Positions 25,700 through 37,690 of a stretch of 64,000 nucleotides of DNA are shown here, piece after piece. The position numbers were made by a program, and so were the translations under genes. The notes beneath the pieces are model-generated. The model made no database searches. It worked only from the letters and a program-made list of their open reading frames with translations, and was not told where the DNA came from. The DNA is from Felis catus (Eukaryota). The number at the start of each line of letters is the position of its first letter. Position 1 is the first letter of the stretch. The stretch is from NCBI RefSeq assembly GCF_018350175.1, contig NC_058368.1:12772001-12836000 (forward strand), read 5' to 3'.

Positions 25700-25844
25700 A
25701 GGGGTGGGCGGGAGCTTTCACAGAATAATGGAGAGGGCACAGAAGCCTACCCAGCCAAGTCCTACTGGAAGAACAGACCTTCCATATATTTGGAACACAC
25801 GTTTTCTGTATGTTCCAAATAAGTGTATTTGACGTACGTGGGAG
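25700..25844 (+). promoter_or_regulatory. Candidate promoter and non-coding exon 1 of the plus-strand unit
   Basis: GC box GGGTGGGCGGG (~25702), CRE-like TGACGTAC (25830-25837), consensus donor GAG|GTGAGT at 25844/25845; start coordinate approximate. Confidence 0.45.
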
Positions 25845-26303
25845 GTGAGTGTGAGAGGGAGAGTGGAGGGGAGAGGAATTCAATGCAGGTTACTAGCTCT
25901 GCTGGGTGGATTATGAGCAGAGAGATTTTCCCAATGGGGGCTTTTCCATTTCTGGGTCTTACATACTTTGAAATATACATATCAAAAGCATCACAAATTC
26001 CCTGTAGCAAATCTGACAGCAAAAAAGTCTCCCTTAAATTGAAGGTTTTCACCTCTGACACTAGAAACTGTTAAATCCCTCGCCGCTTCTGGCATGTAAT
26101 GGAGTATTCTGTCCACCCTGGGTCCATGAGTGATAACAGATATCACCCACACTCAGCTTTGGCTTTTCCCAAGGAAACATTAATTCAGACTTTCCCCTTA
26201 GTTCTCGTAAAGAACCCATAAAGCTGCCTTGACCACACAACAAAGAGATGTTCAAAAGCCAAGAAAATTATACTAAAATTGCATTTTTTTTCTTTTTCTG
26301 CAG

Positions 26304-26360
26304 TTTTCCAAGCCCCTTCTCAATGCCCACCCTCTAAGCTATTTTCCCAAATTATCTCAA
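26304..26360 (+). other. Putative 57-nt exon (5' UTR) of the plus-strand unit
   Basis: Acceptor TTTTTTTTCTTTTTCTGCAG| and donor CAA|GTAAGA. Confidence 0.55.
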
Positions 26361-26921
26361 GTAAGAACACTCTGTCCTGGCTTTGAACATTTTCATCAAA
26401 AAGAGAACATTTCAAAAAAAAAAAAAAACAAAGAGTAATATTCTCCCAGGCATACAATAATGAATTTTTGAAAAGTGAAAGATATACTGGGTTTTTATAT
26501 GTGAGTTTGCTCTGGGTTTTAGAATTCTTCTCAAAGCAAGTGGTTCAAGAGACCCGGGCTGCATTTCCACATAAGCAGCTCTATAGTCTGCCTAACGGTA
26601 TTTAAGGATTCCTAGCCCTGGAGATTCACATCTGAGACTATTCTGGCGAAAAATTGCATTTGCTTTGCTTTCAGAGAGTCAAAGAATGTGACTGGGACTT
26701 CAACTCTTTCTTACCCAGTGATTTTTAAGTTTTATAATTTTGACAGTGAATAGATATGGAATATGTGTACATACAATTGGTACTCACGTATATATTATAT
26801 ACGTAATACACAGAGGGTTGTTATATTCTACTTGAACAGGGTCTTTTTTCTTTCTAACCTATTATTTATTAACTTACTTACTTATTTCTTTCTTTCTTTT
26901 CTTTTTTCAGGTATCCAGAAA

Positions 26922-27002
26922 ATGAAGGATGTCTGTAAATGCTTTAAAAGGAAACTTGGTACACAACAGGAACTGCCCAATGTGTCAGTTCCTGTGACAA
27001 AA
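26922..27002 (+). CDS. Putative first coding part (exon 26911-27002): MKDVCKCFKRKLGTQQELPNVSVPVTK
   Basis: Long polypyrimidine acceptor ending TTTCAG| at 26910; ATG with A at -3; only one open frame; donor AAA|GTATGT, phase 0. Confidence 0.45.
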
Positions 27003-27009
27003 GTATGTA

Positions 27010-27250
27010 GACATGGGGTGTGGTGGGAAAAGTACCGTGTTTGGCATCAAACAGAAGTAGATTTGAACAGAACCTTAGCCCCCTTCTAGTTCTGGTCTAG
27101 GGGTAACTGGTTTAACTTCTATAAGCCTCAGTTTACTTATAAACTATAGCTAATAACTCTACCTATATTGTGGGATACTTACAAAAATTGGAAGTAATAT
27201 GGCCAAAATACCCACCATAGTGGCTGCTACTTGTGGGCTCACTAAAAGAA
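27010..27250 (+). mobile_element. MIR
   Basis: TTTAACTTCTATAAGCCTCAGTTTACTTATAAA core. Confidence 0.65.
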
Positions 27251-27382
27251 TAGTTCGACCCTATATTGATGATCACAGGAGCTCAGCATGAGTATTGCAA
27301 GAGTGAGTATGCAGTTCTGGTGCATAAAAATATGCTTGTACGTACGTGACACTGTGAAGGCCACAGCTCGTGAGCAGCTTAC

Positions 27383-27428
27383 CCAAACTCTGACCGTCTG
27401 TGTCCTTGAGGTACAGGAGGAGGTGTGC
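27383..27428 (-). other. Putative 46-nt exon of the minus-strand gene
   Basis: Minus acceptor TCTCTCCTTCTATGGCAG| and donor TGG|GTAAGC. Confidence 0.45.
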
Positions 27429-29361
27429 CTGCCATAGAAGGAGAGATTGGTCCCACCACAGTTGTGCCATGCACTGCGCTGGCAAGTGGTAGCGTGCTTA
27501 CGAAAAGCAGAAACCAGTTGAGGTACCTGCTGATTTGGTCCCTGGTAGTCTTAACTGAGGCCTCCAAGAATTCAGATCCAAAATCACCTTCTTAACCATG
27601 TGATTTCTCAAGAGAGATTCCTTCATTGCCTCCTACAAGTGATTGACTTTATATGCCCAAGCACTTGACAAATGCTTTCAATTTCCCATCACCTACTTCT
27701 CTATCATGCATAAGGCACCCAAACAAATTGTTCCTAGATATTAACACTGGCCATCCAACTAGCTGGAGATGCATTCTAAACTCAAATAGCAATTCTGGTT
27801 AAGCACCAGTATCTGAGTGTCTTATGGGGGATAAGTCATGCTGTCTGTCACCTTAAGTCTTACTGAGAATGGGATGGAGATATAAGTCAACAAATTAGTA
27901 GATCAATCCATACTACCAGCCAGAGCTGGGATTAGCTGCACCATGAGCATCACCTTACAGAACCAGATGAGGAGTGTGAGCAGTCTAGACCATATCTCAC
28001 AGTCTAGACCCAGTACTTAGCAATGGGCTTCAACCTGCTCCCTATTCCACAGCCTATAGGTCCTATGTCATCTACCCTACTGACCCTCTAAGGCTTAGCT
28101 AAACCACAGCTTGCTTATCCAGGGCTGTGATACCCATCTATCCATATCCAGGTTTTTCAGACCTTTCCAGGGGATGGATTCCATATTTCATTCTCTCAAT
28201 CACTGGCTAGAGTCTGGCTGTGAATGCACTTGTATCCCAGAACCACAACCTAATATTTATTTTATTGCCCACAGTCTCTGTGCTTTATGGGCTAAATTAG
28301 AATTCCTAGTGTTAATACTTCCTGAAATAATATCTACTCTTTGGATATTATCTTGTCCTGAGCTTCAACTCTGTTGTACAGAGGTCAACAAATGCAGGTG
28401 TGTTTATTCTCCCAGTGTGTGCACCTAACTTTAGTGAGCAGGGCCTTTCCTGATGTCAGCTCACTAGACCTTCCATTGGCCTTTGGTCCCTGCCTGTCCG
28501 CCTTAGGTCTGAGTCTGTCCTTTTATGATACTGGGTGAGTTACATACCTCTCTAACCAGATGTAGATAAAAATTCTAATCACACCACCATCACTTACACA
28601 ATGTTTGGTTTATAAACTCCTGGGAGCTTTCCCTAACCACCAGGACTTCAGATCTTCAGAGACGAGAAGTTAAGTCTCCATCACCAAAAGTTTCCATAAC
28701 ACAGTTTTCACATCTCTCTCGCTGCATTTCTTCTTTGTTGCATCATCGTTTGTAAGTCATTCTTCACACAGTGTAAGCTCCCATAGTGCAGGGACAGTGT
28801 CTAAGTCATCTTTCCATCTCCAGCTAAAACACATAGTAGGTACTCAATAGATGTTCATGGAACAAATGCATGAATAAGGTGCCTTTCAGCTCTCAAATTT
28901 TGTAATTCTGGAATCTATCAAATGACTCATCTAATTCTAAAGTCAATAAAATGCCAATTGGTAGTGTAAAGGATTATATGTACTTTGTCTCTTTATTCCT
29001 AATGCTTTTTCCATGACGATGAGTGGTTGCTCTGTCTCTGTTTTATTAATTTTAGTGACAAAAACAAAATAAATGCATTGCCACTTATTGAGCATTTGCT
29101 TTTAGCGATGTACTATGCTGAGGACTTAGATACATCAGCTCAGTTAATCTTCTACATCCTCCATCATCTCCTTTTTAAGGAATAGAAAACTGTTATGTTT
29201 GCTTTGTATCCATGCCTGAGAATCAGAGCTTATTGGGTGAGGGATAAACATTCTCTTTCTCCAAGAGTCCTTGGGTAGAACTTCTTTTTCAGTTGCTATT
29301 TTGGGCAGAGCTCAATCCCTGAGCACTCAGAACTAAATACTTTTCTCTCTTTCTATACTAG

Positions 29362-29392
29362 AAGCAAACCAGAATGGAGAGATACAACCAAG
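29362..29392 (+). CDS. Putative 31-nt coding exon: KQTRMERYNQ
   Basis: Acceptor TTTTCTCTCTTTCTATACTAG|, donor AAG|GTATGG; in frame with the previous exon (phase 0 to 1). Confidence 0.42.
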
Positions 29393-30552
29393 GTATGGAT
29401 CTGGTTTTCTAACGTTACTGCAGATAAAATGGGAATTCTGATATTACCAGTATCTCAAGCCACGGGGCAATCTTCAGTCGTCACCAGCTATAGTCACGAT
29501 TCGAATCACATTAACATCACATGTACAATGTTTGGCCTACAAACATGATCAAGATGCAATGATCAAGAGTTGCTAATTCTTTCCCCACCCTATCACCACA
29601 CACCTCATCACATTCAAAATCCATTCATAGCATTATGCTTCTTCGTTTTCCCTCTAATTTCATTTTTTTTAATTAAAGGAAGCCAAAACACTGGTTTACT
29701 CAATTCCAAATATGATGTATAAGCCAACTGAATGAATTTATCCGTGGATGTGGACATGCTTTCTTACATATGGAAAGCAGTAGGCTAAAACATCTTTATG
29801 CAAACACACTGCAGTTGTCTTTCATTTGCAGTAAAACTGGACCCAGTGTCTAAAAGCTATATTAAAAGAATTAAATGTGATAAATGACTTGAACAAAAGA
29901 AAATGCCTATTTTCTAGGAAGGAGACAGGCTCAAAGTGGAGTGAGGTTTCTATTCTCTGCAACGTGGTAACATTTCAAACAAGATAATGCCCTTTCTTCC
30001 CCTTCGATAAACAGCTATCAGTTCATGAGTCACTCTGTAAGCATTCAACAGCTGGGCTCATAAATACCACACACCATCTGTTGCCCAAATTTACGAAATC
30101 CTTGCCAACATCACTTCAGGACTAAAAACTTCGATCTTTTTTTTCCCCTCCTCTGGAACAAAACTAAAAAGGTAAGATGCTTGCATAGACTTGTAGAATT
30201 TTATAACAAGGACAAGAACAAACTAAAACATCCTTGTGATAATTTATTCTCAACAGTTGTATTAATAACTTTTTTTTTCTGGTTAAGTAACAATGATTAT
30301 GCTTTTCCAAAGGAAAAACTCGACAAACCTTTTTTAGCCCCAGTTTAACCAAAATTATTTTTTATCTGAGGCAACTCCAGGTAACTCACTTAGATTTACC
30401 AAGATTTTATACATATGTGTGCACTTATAACTATATGTTATATACTTTATATGTGTATTACATGTAACTACATGCCACACGACATATATATACTCATACA
30501 CACACACATACAAATAGTTGTCTGTATATGTAACAGTTGGTATTATATATTT

Positions 30553-30709
30553 TTAAACATTTTTTTAAGTTTATTTATTTTTCAGAGAGAGCAGGGCAGG
30601 GGCAGATAGAAGGGGGGTACAGAAGATCCAAAGCAGGCTCTGCGCTGAGAGCAGAGAGCCCAATGTGGGGATCAAACTCACAAACCGTGAGATCATGACC
30701 TGAGCTGAA
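30553..30709 (-). mobile_element. Can-SINE lacking its 5' head
   Basis: Body stops at GACCTGAGCTGAAG; no TSD; adjoins a (TA/CA)-rich tract at 30408-30552. Confidence 0.88.
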
Positions 30710-31094
30710 GGGAGTTTCTATAAAGAAATAAAGATTCTATATTTTTTAAAAAAATATTCATGACTCTATATGCAGCTAATTCAGTCTTTTATTTGAAATG
30801 AATGTGATTTTTATGGGGAAAAAAATCAAATCACAGCAGAAACCGACTTTATTTGCTCCCTGCTTGACTATTTTGCCTTGAGCTGACTGACTTCCTTGGT
30901 TTTTGGAATTTAACTTGATTTGAAGCATTACCTTATGCAAAGAGCATGGAGTGACCTGCTACAGATTTTTTCCTATCTTTGGAAAGCATTGCCCAATGTC
31001 CCTGGTAATTAAGAATGACTCTTTCTTCTCATACTTTGCATGCATCAGGTTAAGTCCAACTGAGGAACACAGAATACGAAAAGAGAGCATTCTT

Positions 31095-31308
31095 TAATTT
31101 TTTTAATGTTTATTTATTTTACAGACAGAGAGAGACAGAGCATGAATGGGGGAGGGGTAGAGAGAGAGGGAGACACAGAATCCGAAGAAGGCTCCAGGCT
31201 CTGAGCTGTCAGTACAGAGCCAGATGCGGGGCTTGAACTCACAGACCGCAAGATCACAACCCAAACTGAAGTCGGATCCTTAACTGACTGAGCCACCCAG
31301 GCTCCCCC
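31095..31308 (-). mobile_element. Can-SINE
   Basis: TSD GAAAAGAGAGCATTCTT / GAAAACATAGCATTCTT. Confidence 0.95.
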
Positions 31309-31444
31309 GAAAACATAGCATTCTTAAAATAAAAAAAATCATCATAAAGATTCTGCAACCTGTAAGGAACCAGACCACATCTATTTTGTACCTCCCTCTG
31401 TCCCACGTCTCAGTCACCCAAAGTGGACTCTCAGTCGCAATTAA

Positions 31445-32612
31445 AAAAAAAAATAGTAACGGCTTCATTACAATTCACATAACAAAACTCACTACTTTAA
31501 GGTGCACAATTCAGTGGGTTTTAGCATAATAACAGTTATATGTCCATCATCATGAATTTTAGAATGGTTTCATTATAGCAATTAGGAGTTACCCCCTATA
31601 CTTTCCTCTCCTCAGCTACTGGCAATGGTTAATATACTTTCCATTTCTATGAACTTCCCTATTCTGGACATTACATATAAGGGGAATCATACAATATGTT
31701 GCCTTTTCTGTTTGTTTCTTTGACTTAGCATAATGTTTTCAAGCTTTATCCATGCAGTAGCATGTAGTAGCATGTATTCAGTATTTCACGTTATTTTTAT
31801 GGCCAAATACAATTTCATTGTACACCTATTCTGTTTTTCCAGTCATCAGCTGATGATTATTTGGGTCATTTCCAGTCTGACATTATGAATAATGATGCTG
31901 TGAACATTCAAATGCAAGCTTCTGTGTGGATACATGTTTTAAATTCTCTTGAGTATTTACTGAGGAATAGAACTGCTGGGTCATATGGTAATTTGATGTT
32001 TAACATTTTAAGGAACTGCAAAACCATTTTTCCAAAATAGCTGCATCCTCTTACTTTCCCACTAATGTGTGAGGGTTTCAATTTCTCCACATCCTCGCCA
32101 ACACTCGTTATTGTCTATCTTTTTTTATTTTAGCCATCCTAGTGGGTGCGAGGCGGTATTTCAATATGGTTTTGATTTGCGTTTCTGTAATGACTAATGA
32201 TGTTATGCTTCTTTTCATGGGCTTATTGGCCATTTGTGTCTCTTCTCTCTGGAGAAGTGTCTGTTCAAATCCTTTGCTCACTTATAAATTATGTTATTTG
32301 TAGTTTTACTGTTGAATTTAAGAGTTCTTTATAGTGCCTAAATACAAGTTCTTTATCATATATGTAATTTGCAAATATTTTCTTCTATTCTATGGGTTAT
32401 CTGTTCACTTTCTTCATGGTTTCCTTTGGGGCACAAAAGATTTCAATTTAGATGAAGTCCAATCAATGTGTCTCTTTTTTCTTTTGTCACTTCTGCGGTT
32501 GGTGTCATATCTAAGAAACAATTGCCTCACTCGAGAACATAAAGATTTCCTCCTATGTTTTCTTCTAAGACTCTTACAGTTTTAGCTCTTACATTCAATT
32601 CCATGATCCATC
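31445..32612 (-). mobile_element. 5'-truncated old L1 (L1MB-like 3' UTR plus ORF2 end)
   Basis: AATTCACATAACAAAACTCAC...GTGCACAATTCAGTGG 3' end, then antisense ORF2-type sequence. Confidence 0.88.
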
Positions 32613-32959
32613 CCTTGTTCATTCTTATCACTTAGCAAACTACACCTATTGTTTCCACATTTCTCATTATCCAAGTTAGACTTTGCTGATTAGGATGGTC
32701 AAGCACACCTGTTTAATGATGCCATGTAGTTCGAGTCACTACCAATTTAGTTCTACTTCTAGATTGGCCCGTGGCCTGTCAGTTCCACGAAGGAAGGCAA
32801 ACCAGAAGTGCAAATCCCCAAATAAATGATTTTTTTTCTTTTCACAAAACATTCTTTTAAAGAAAGAACTACTCTTCTTTCTCTCCTCGATTTTGAAAAC
32901 AGTGAAATTTATATATGATTTACAACACCACTACTAATTCTATTTCTATCCTACAATAG

Positions 32960-32990
32960 GGATAGAGGATCATGGAGTTGAAAAACTGAG
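32960..32990 (+). CDS. Possible 31-nt exon GIEDHGVEKL (model B)
   Basis: CTAAT branch-like motif plus pyrimidine tract and TAG acceptor; donor GAG|GTGTGC is weak. Confidence 0.25.
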
Positions 32991-33234
32991 GTGTGCAATA
33001 TTTTAATCCTTCTGTATCCCTAAAGCTAAAACAGGAACTGCAAATACAAAGTATTGGAATATACTCAGGGTATTCAAAACATCACCTAGTTTCACACCGA
33101 TTAGCTGGAAAATTGTCTTTTTCCTTTTTTTTATTTTTTGCTTTGCCAGAGATCATGCTAATAAATTACTTTTTCCTGTCCTAGTTTCCCTTTTGAAAAT
33201 AAAGACACTGATATTTATTTCTTCTTCATCTCAG

Positions 33235-33283
33235 GGGACTAACACAGTGTTTGAGAAGCATAAGCATGTATCAGAACCTCTAG
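33235..33283 (+). CDS. Possible terminal coding part RGLTQCLRSISMYQNL* (model B)
   Basis: Acceptor TTATTTCTTCTTCATCTCAG|; TAG at 33281-33283; AATAAA at 33362-33367. Confidence 0.3.
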
Positions 33284-33519
33284 AAAGGAACAACATGGAA
33301 AGCCTAAAGTGTCACTAGTGCAGGGAAGAATCTCCACAGTGTGTGTGGCACATGTTTTGACAATAAACAGCGGACTCATTTTTCCAGTGCAACAACAATA
33401 TCTGAGAACACTATGCCACGGAGAGGGGTGTTAATCAACTTCTCTACCTTACCAGTCAATACAGAATCCACTTGGAACTAAGTATTCATTGGAACTAAAT
33501 AACCGTCATAAAATCTTAC

Positions 33520-33696
33520 CTTTTGTGTGAATTCTGCAAATTGGTAAATCATTGTTCCATGCTATGATGCCTCTCTGCTCTGCTCCTAAAGAAATGCTCT
33601 TAGCGCTGATTCAAAAAGTCATCTTTAAAGGAAGAACTCCTTGGCCGTACTCTTGATGATGAATGCATACCACAGCAATTCAAGGTCTATAATTTA
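33520..33696 (-). other. Putative 177-nt exon of the minus-strand gene (5' UTR with uORFs)
   Basis: Minus acceptor ATTATTTTTTCCTATCCTACAG| and donor AAG|GTAAGA; all three frames contain stops. Confidence 0.6.
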
Positions 33697-33869
33697 CTGT
33701 AGGATAGGAAAAAATAATATACATATATCATATAGATGCAATACATATTATCTATATGTATTATATGTAGATAATTACATACATTATATGTACATATATA
33801 CATATGCACATACACACATACATATATCTACATGTATTATAGATAATTACATACTTATTTATATTTTTT

Positions 33870-34123
33870 AATTTTTAAATGTTTTTATTTATTTTTTAGA
33901 GAGAGTAAGAGATAGAGCATGACCAGGGAGGGGCAGAAAGAGAGTGAGAGACAGAGCACGAGCAGGGGAGGGGCAGAGAGAGAGGGAGCCATAGAAGTCA
34001 AAGCAGGCTCCAGGCTCTGAGCTGTCAGCACAGAGCCTGACGTGGGGCCAGAACCTGTGAACCGCGAGATCATGACCTGAACTGAAATCAGATGCTGAAC
34101 TGACTGAGCCACCCAGGTACCCC
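33870..34123 (-). mobile_element. Can-SINE with an internal ~40-bp duplication
   Basis: GAGAYAGAGCAYGA..AGGG.AGGGGCAGA segment occurs twice (~33905-33985). Confidence 0.93.
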
Positions 34124-34522
34124 TATTTATTTACATCTTTAAACAAAGAGCTAATATGGTGAGGTGATCCATTTTAGATCTGATTTAATTAAATAGAGAA
34201 ACTGCAAGACTGGAAAATTCTATATTTTCATATTTTCATTGTGGTGTTTTTATATTGCTTTCTTATTTTCCAGCAGTTGAAACTATAATAGCAGAGAGAT
34301 TATATCTTGTGAACCAAAAAAAACAAAAAACAAAAAACAAAAAAATGAAAATATGGCTGGGTGCATGAGTGAGGAAGTACTTATGAGTTTTATGTACTAC
34401 ATCACTTCATAATATACAAAGAAAGTTTGGTGGGTTATATATTTTAGATATGGAAAGTCCCTTGAATTTCTTTGGGGTGAAGCGGTGAACAATACAAAAC
34501 CGATTTTTTTTCCTGACTTCAG

Positions 34523-34578
34523 GTATACCTTATAATCATAAGTTCTATAAAAAGAACAAAAGAAGAAAAATATTCTAA
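34523..34578 (+). CDS. Putative stop-containing exon GIPYNHKFYKKNKRRKIF* (exon 34523-34581; model A)
   Basis: Acceptor TTTTTTTTCCTGACTTCAG|, donor GAA|GTAAGT; open in phase 1 after exon 29362-29392. Confidence 0.38.
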
Positions 34579-36764
34579 GAAGTAAGTTTCATGTAGTTCA
34601 GGAAGATTGCTTAATGTGAAATACATGTGGAAAATACAGACAGTTGTGAAGTCTGATCTATGCCCCATCCCTAAAAATGAGTGGGCTTATTTTGAAAAGT
34701 ACAACTCTTACAGGTAATTCTGGTGATCTGAATTTATTTTTGGTTCTAACTGACAAGAAATATTAGTGGAATTTAACTTTTAAATCTTTTGATGATTTTC
34801 AAATACCAAGTTTAATTTAGTTTAATAAACATTTACTCTAGTTAGTACTTATATTGTTTAAAGGTCAAGTATCCACTGCATTTTGGTTTTTAGTCTCCCC
34901 TTTTTGGGGTCTGCCACCCTTTGGTGCCATAGTTCCATTTCTCTCAGATGCTCTTTCATGTGTCAGAGAAAAGTGGAGTTGTATGTCTCCAAGCACGAAA
35001 GGAGGAGTATTTCTTGTTCTTTCAGCCCTCTCTGGCTTCATTTTCTGTTATCCAAGGAGCAAGCCATCAAAAATTAATGTTGAGAGATGACAAGTATCTG
35101 GGCTATTCAAGTCAGTAGCAAAAATAATAATTTTTTCATGGACTTTGTACTTTCATAAGTGTGAATTATTCATGAAGTGCCAGTTTGGGTAAAAGTCAGC
35201 TCAATGATAGATTTGAGCCAGCACCAGAAAATTTACTAAGGAAACTGCTATATAGTAAAACCTCAACTCTTAGTCATGCAGTTAAAAAGCGTCTCTACTC
35301 CTTTACTCTTGAATTCAAATTCTGCAGGTTGGTTAAGTTAAAATTTCAGTATGAATCAATTATTTTCTAAACTGGAAGTGAACCTTAGTATTGAATTATT
35401 AAAGGTGGTAGCCCGTAGGGATCTACCAAGAAAGAAGAATGGCATTTTGCCCGAGAATTAGTTCACTTTTATTTTCCATGTCTCAAGCAGGGAGACAGAC
35501 AGAAATCCCAGGGCGAACACCAACTCAGCCTCCCAAGGTGCATTTAGCCCTACTCCCAGAAACAAAGGAAGGGAATAATCAGTGTCACAGTGGGCATATT
35601 CCTGTGGTTCCAAGGAACAAATTGGTGACAGCCATTCATAAACTCCTCCAGAGGATGCCCTCCATTTGATATACTCACATTTGTCTCAAAGTAGCAAATA
35701 TCCTATATAACCTTACTTTGTCCTTGGCCCAAGGCCCCGAAAGCAAAAGAGCCACCACTAAAAGTCATGTGAACTGTTTATTCCCTTGCAAGTGATTTCT
35801 TAAAGCTAAGTTGGATCTCATTGGTCTGCCTCCAGTGACTATCTTAAGCAGTCCAGGATTAAAACAATCAGAAACCATGAAGAGTGGAATTCACTAGCCA
35901 GTTCTGAACAAGGGTGATGGGATGGTAGAAATGAGGAAGTGCAACCAGAAACACTAAAAGGAAAATTTAAGCAGACGAAAGAAAGGGCACTAATGGGAAA
36001 AAGTCAGTTTCAGGTTTTCAACTTGAAATCATGATTGACAGACATGAAGAAACACTCTGGAAAAACCTCTATAGTTCAACAGATGAGGTGGGAGTGGGGA
36101 CTGTCATAAAATGTTTCAAAATACAGGCATGTCCTATATGAAACACATTATACAAACCAAGTTTAAGTAACTAAACCGGCATCTATGCTGTTGGGTTCTC
36201 TTATTTTAGTGCTTGTTGTCTTCCTTTTCTTTTTTTCCTTAGTGTTTATTTTCTTTTACTATTTTAGGAATTTTCCAAATTGTTGTATTATGACTCCAAG
36301 TCATGCTTGGGGACAAACCTCAAAGAAAGGAAAACTTGAAATAAATGAATTATTCTAATGCTTTGGGTTGTCTTTTATACTATTTATAGTCTCTTTTGGG
36401 AATAAAAGTAGCTGGTTAGATCAAGGGACTTGGTTTTTTCCTCCCGTATGTCAAAGAGGTCAAAGACACTTTGCACATTACTAGAAAAGTAATATGAATT
36501 AAACGTTTCCACCTTTGTGCAAAGCCATGATGATACATACCTGCACCTCAAGTAAGACTCACAGAAACCCAAGACAAGGACGGCTATAGGAAGACCACAG
36601 GGGAGAAAGCCATGTGGCTGTAAACGAAGACAAACCCTTCTAATTTAGTCTTAGGAAGGATGTGGTTGGAGTCAATATAGTCATAAATGGTGCTTTGGTG
36701 AGTAGGGGACAACATTCTTTATACCAAAGTTTACATCAAGGAAGACCACCTCGCCAAAACTCAG

Positions 36765-37672
36765 CTCCTCTGCATGGCTTTCAAGATCCTTTCTAATCTG
36801 GCCCTTTCTTCCCTCTCCAGACTCAACTCCTCATTTGCTGTCCCTTACTTCACACAAACTGTATTAACTTCCAACTGTTCCAAGCTTCCTTCAGGGCTCC
36901 AGATGTGCCGTGCTGTCTCTAGGCTTCTGATAACATCATCTCTGCCAACTCGATTAGTTGCTGTTTCCTCTACGACACCCTCCCTGAATCCTGAATCCGC
37001 TAATCAGCATACATATCGATATTCCCTGAAGTAGACTTAATTTAAGGTGTTTCTCAGCTCATGTGGGTATATGAGCCACATTAGACCAGCCAGATTCTCT
37101 CCTGGGAATTTGGTTTGGAACTGAGTATAACAATGCATTTTAGTTCATATTAGAAATAAGAAGAAAGGTAAACTCAGTTGGGTTGCCAATGTGGGGTATC
37201 CATTTTATTCTACCATGTGCATAAAGAAATAATAACAATAATGGTAAATAAAAGTCAGCCTCCAGAGAATGAAAGAGATGCCCAGAAAGAAACAAGTGTG
37301 CAAGATCACATGGCCTCAGGAACATGAAGAAGACACCAGCTGTCTTCCTTCTAACAAGTTTATTTCCTCCGTTTGGTTTCCTAGGAATTACCTCTACCCA
37401 TATATTAAATTATCAATTTTTGCTACCCTTAGTGGGTTTCTGTCACTTGCATCCAAATGGTTCCTGACTTAAACACTCCTCCTGTGTGTTTACAGCACTC
37501 TGTCATTTTTCTAGCATTGCACTTGCCACTTCTTTGCATTTGCTTATTTATTGACCTGCATTTTTCAGTGAGCTTTGCCTCCTATTAGGACAAAGACTAT
37601 ACGTATCAGGGTCACAACATGTGGCACAGTGCATTGTATATGTAAGAAAATAAATGTTCGTTGAATAAATAA
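36765..37672 (+). mobile_element. L2 3' region interrupted by an old ERVL-type (LTR33-like) LTR at ~37040-37475
   Basis: L2 motifs CATGGCTTTCAAGATCCTT and GTTGAATAAAT; LTR end GGGTTTCTGTCACTTGCATCCAAATGGTTCCTGACT. Confidence 0.55.
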
Positions 37673-37690
37673 ATTATTCTTTTAAAAATA

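Noticed and set aside
33606..33630. In-frame TGA (ATG ACT TTT TGA) as selenocysteine or readthrough
   Set aside because: No SECIS evidence and no selenoprotein similarity
33520..33696. AWNNDLPICRI and a 177-nt symmetric exon suggest a Sushi/CCP domain
   Set aside because: Two in-frame stops, the other conserved cysteines cannot be aligned, and no neighbouring CCP exons; probably chance
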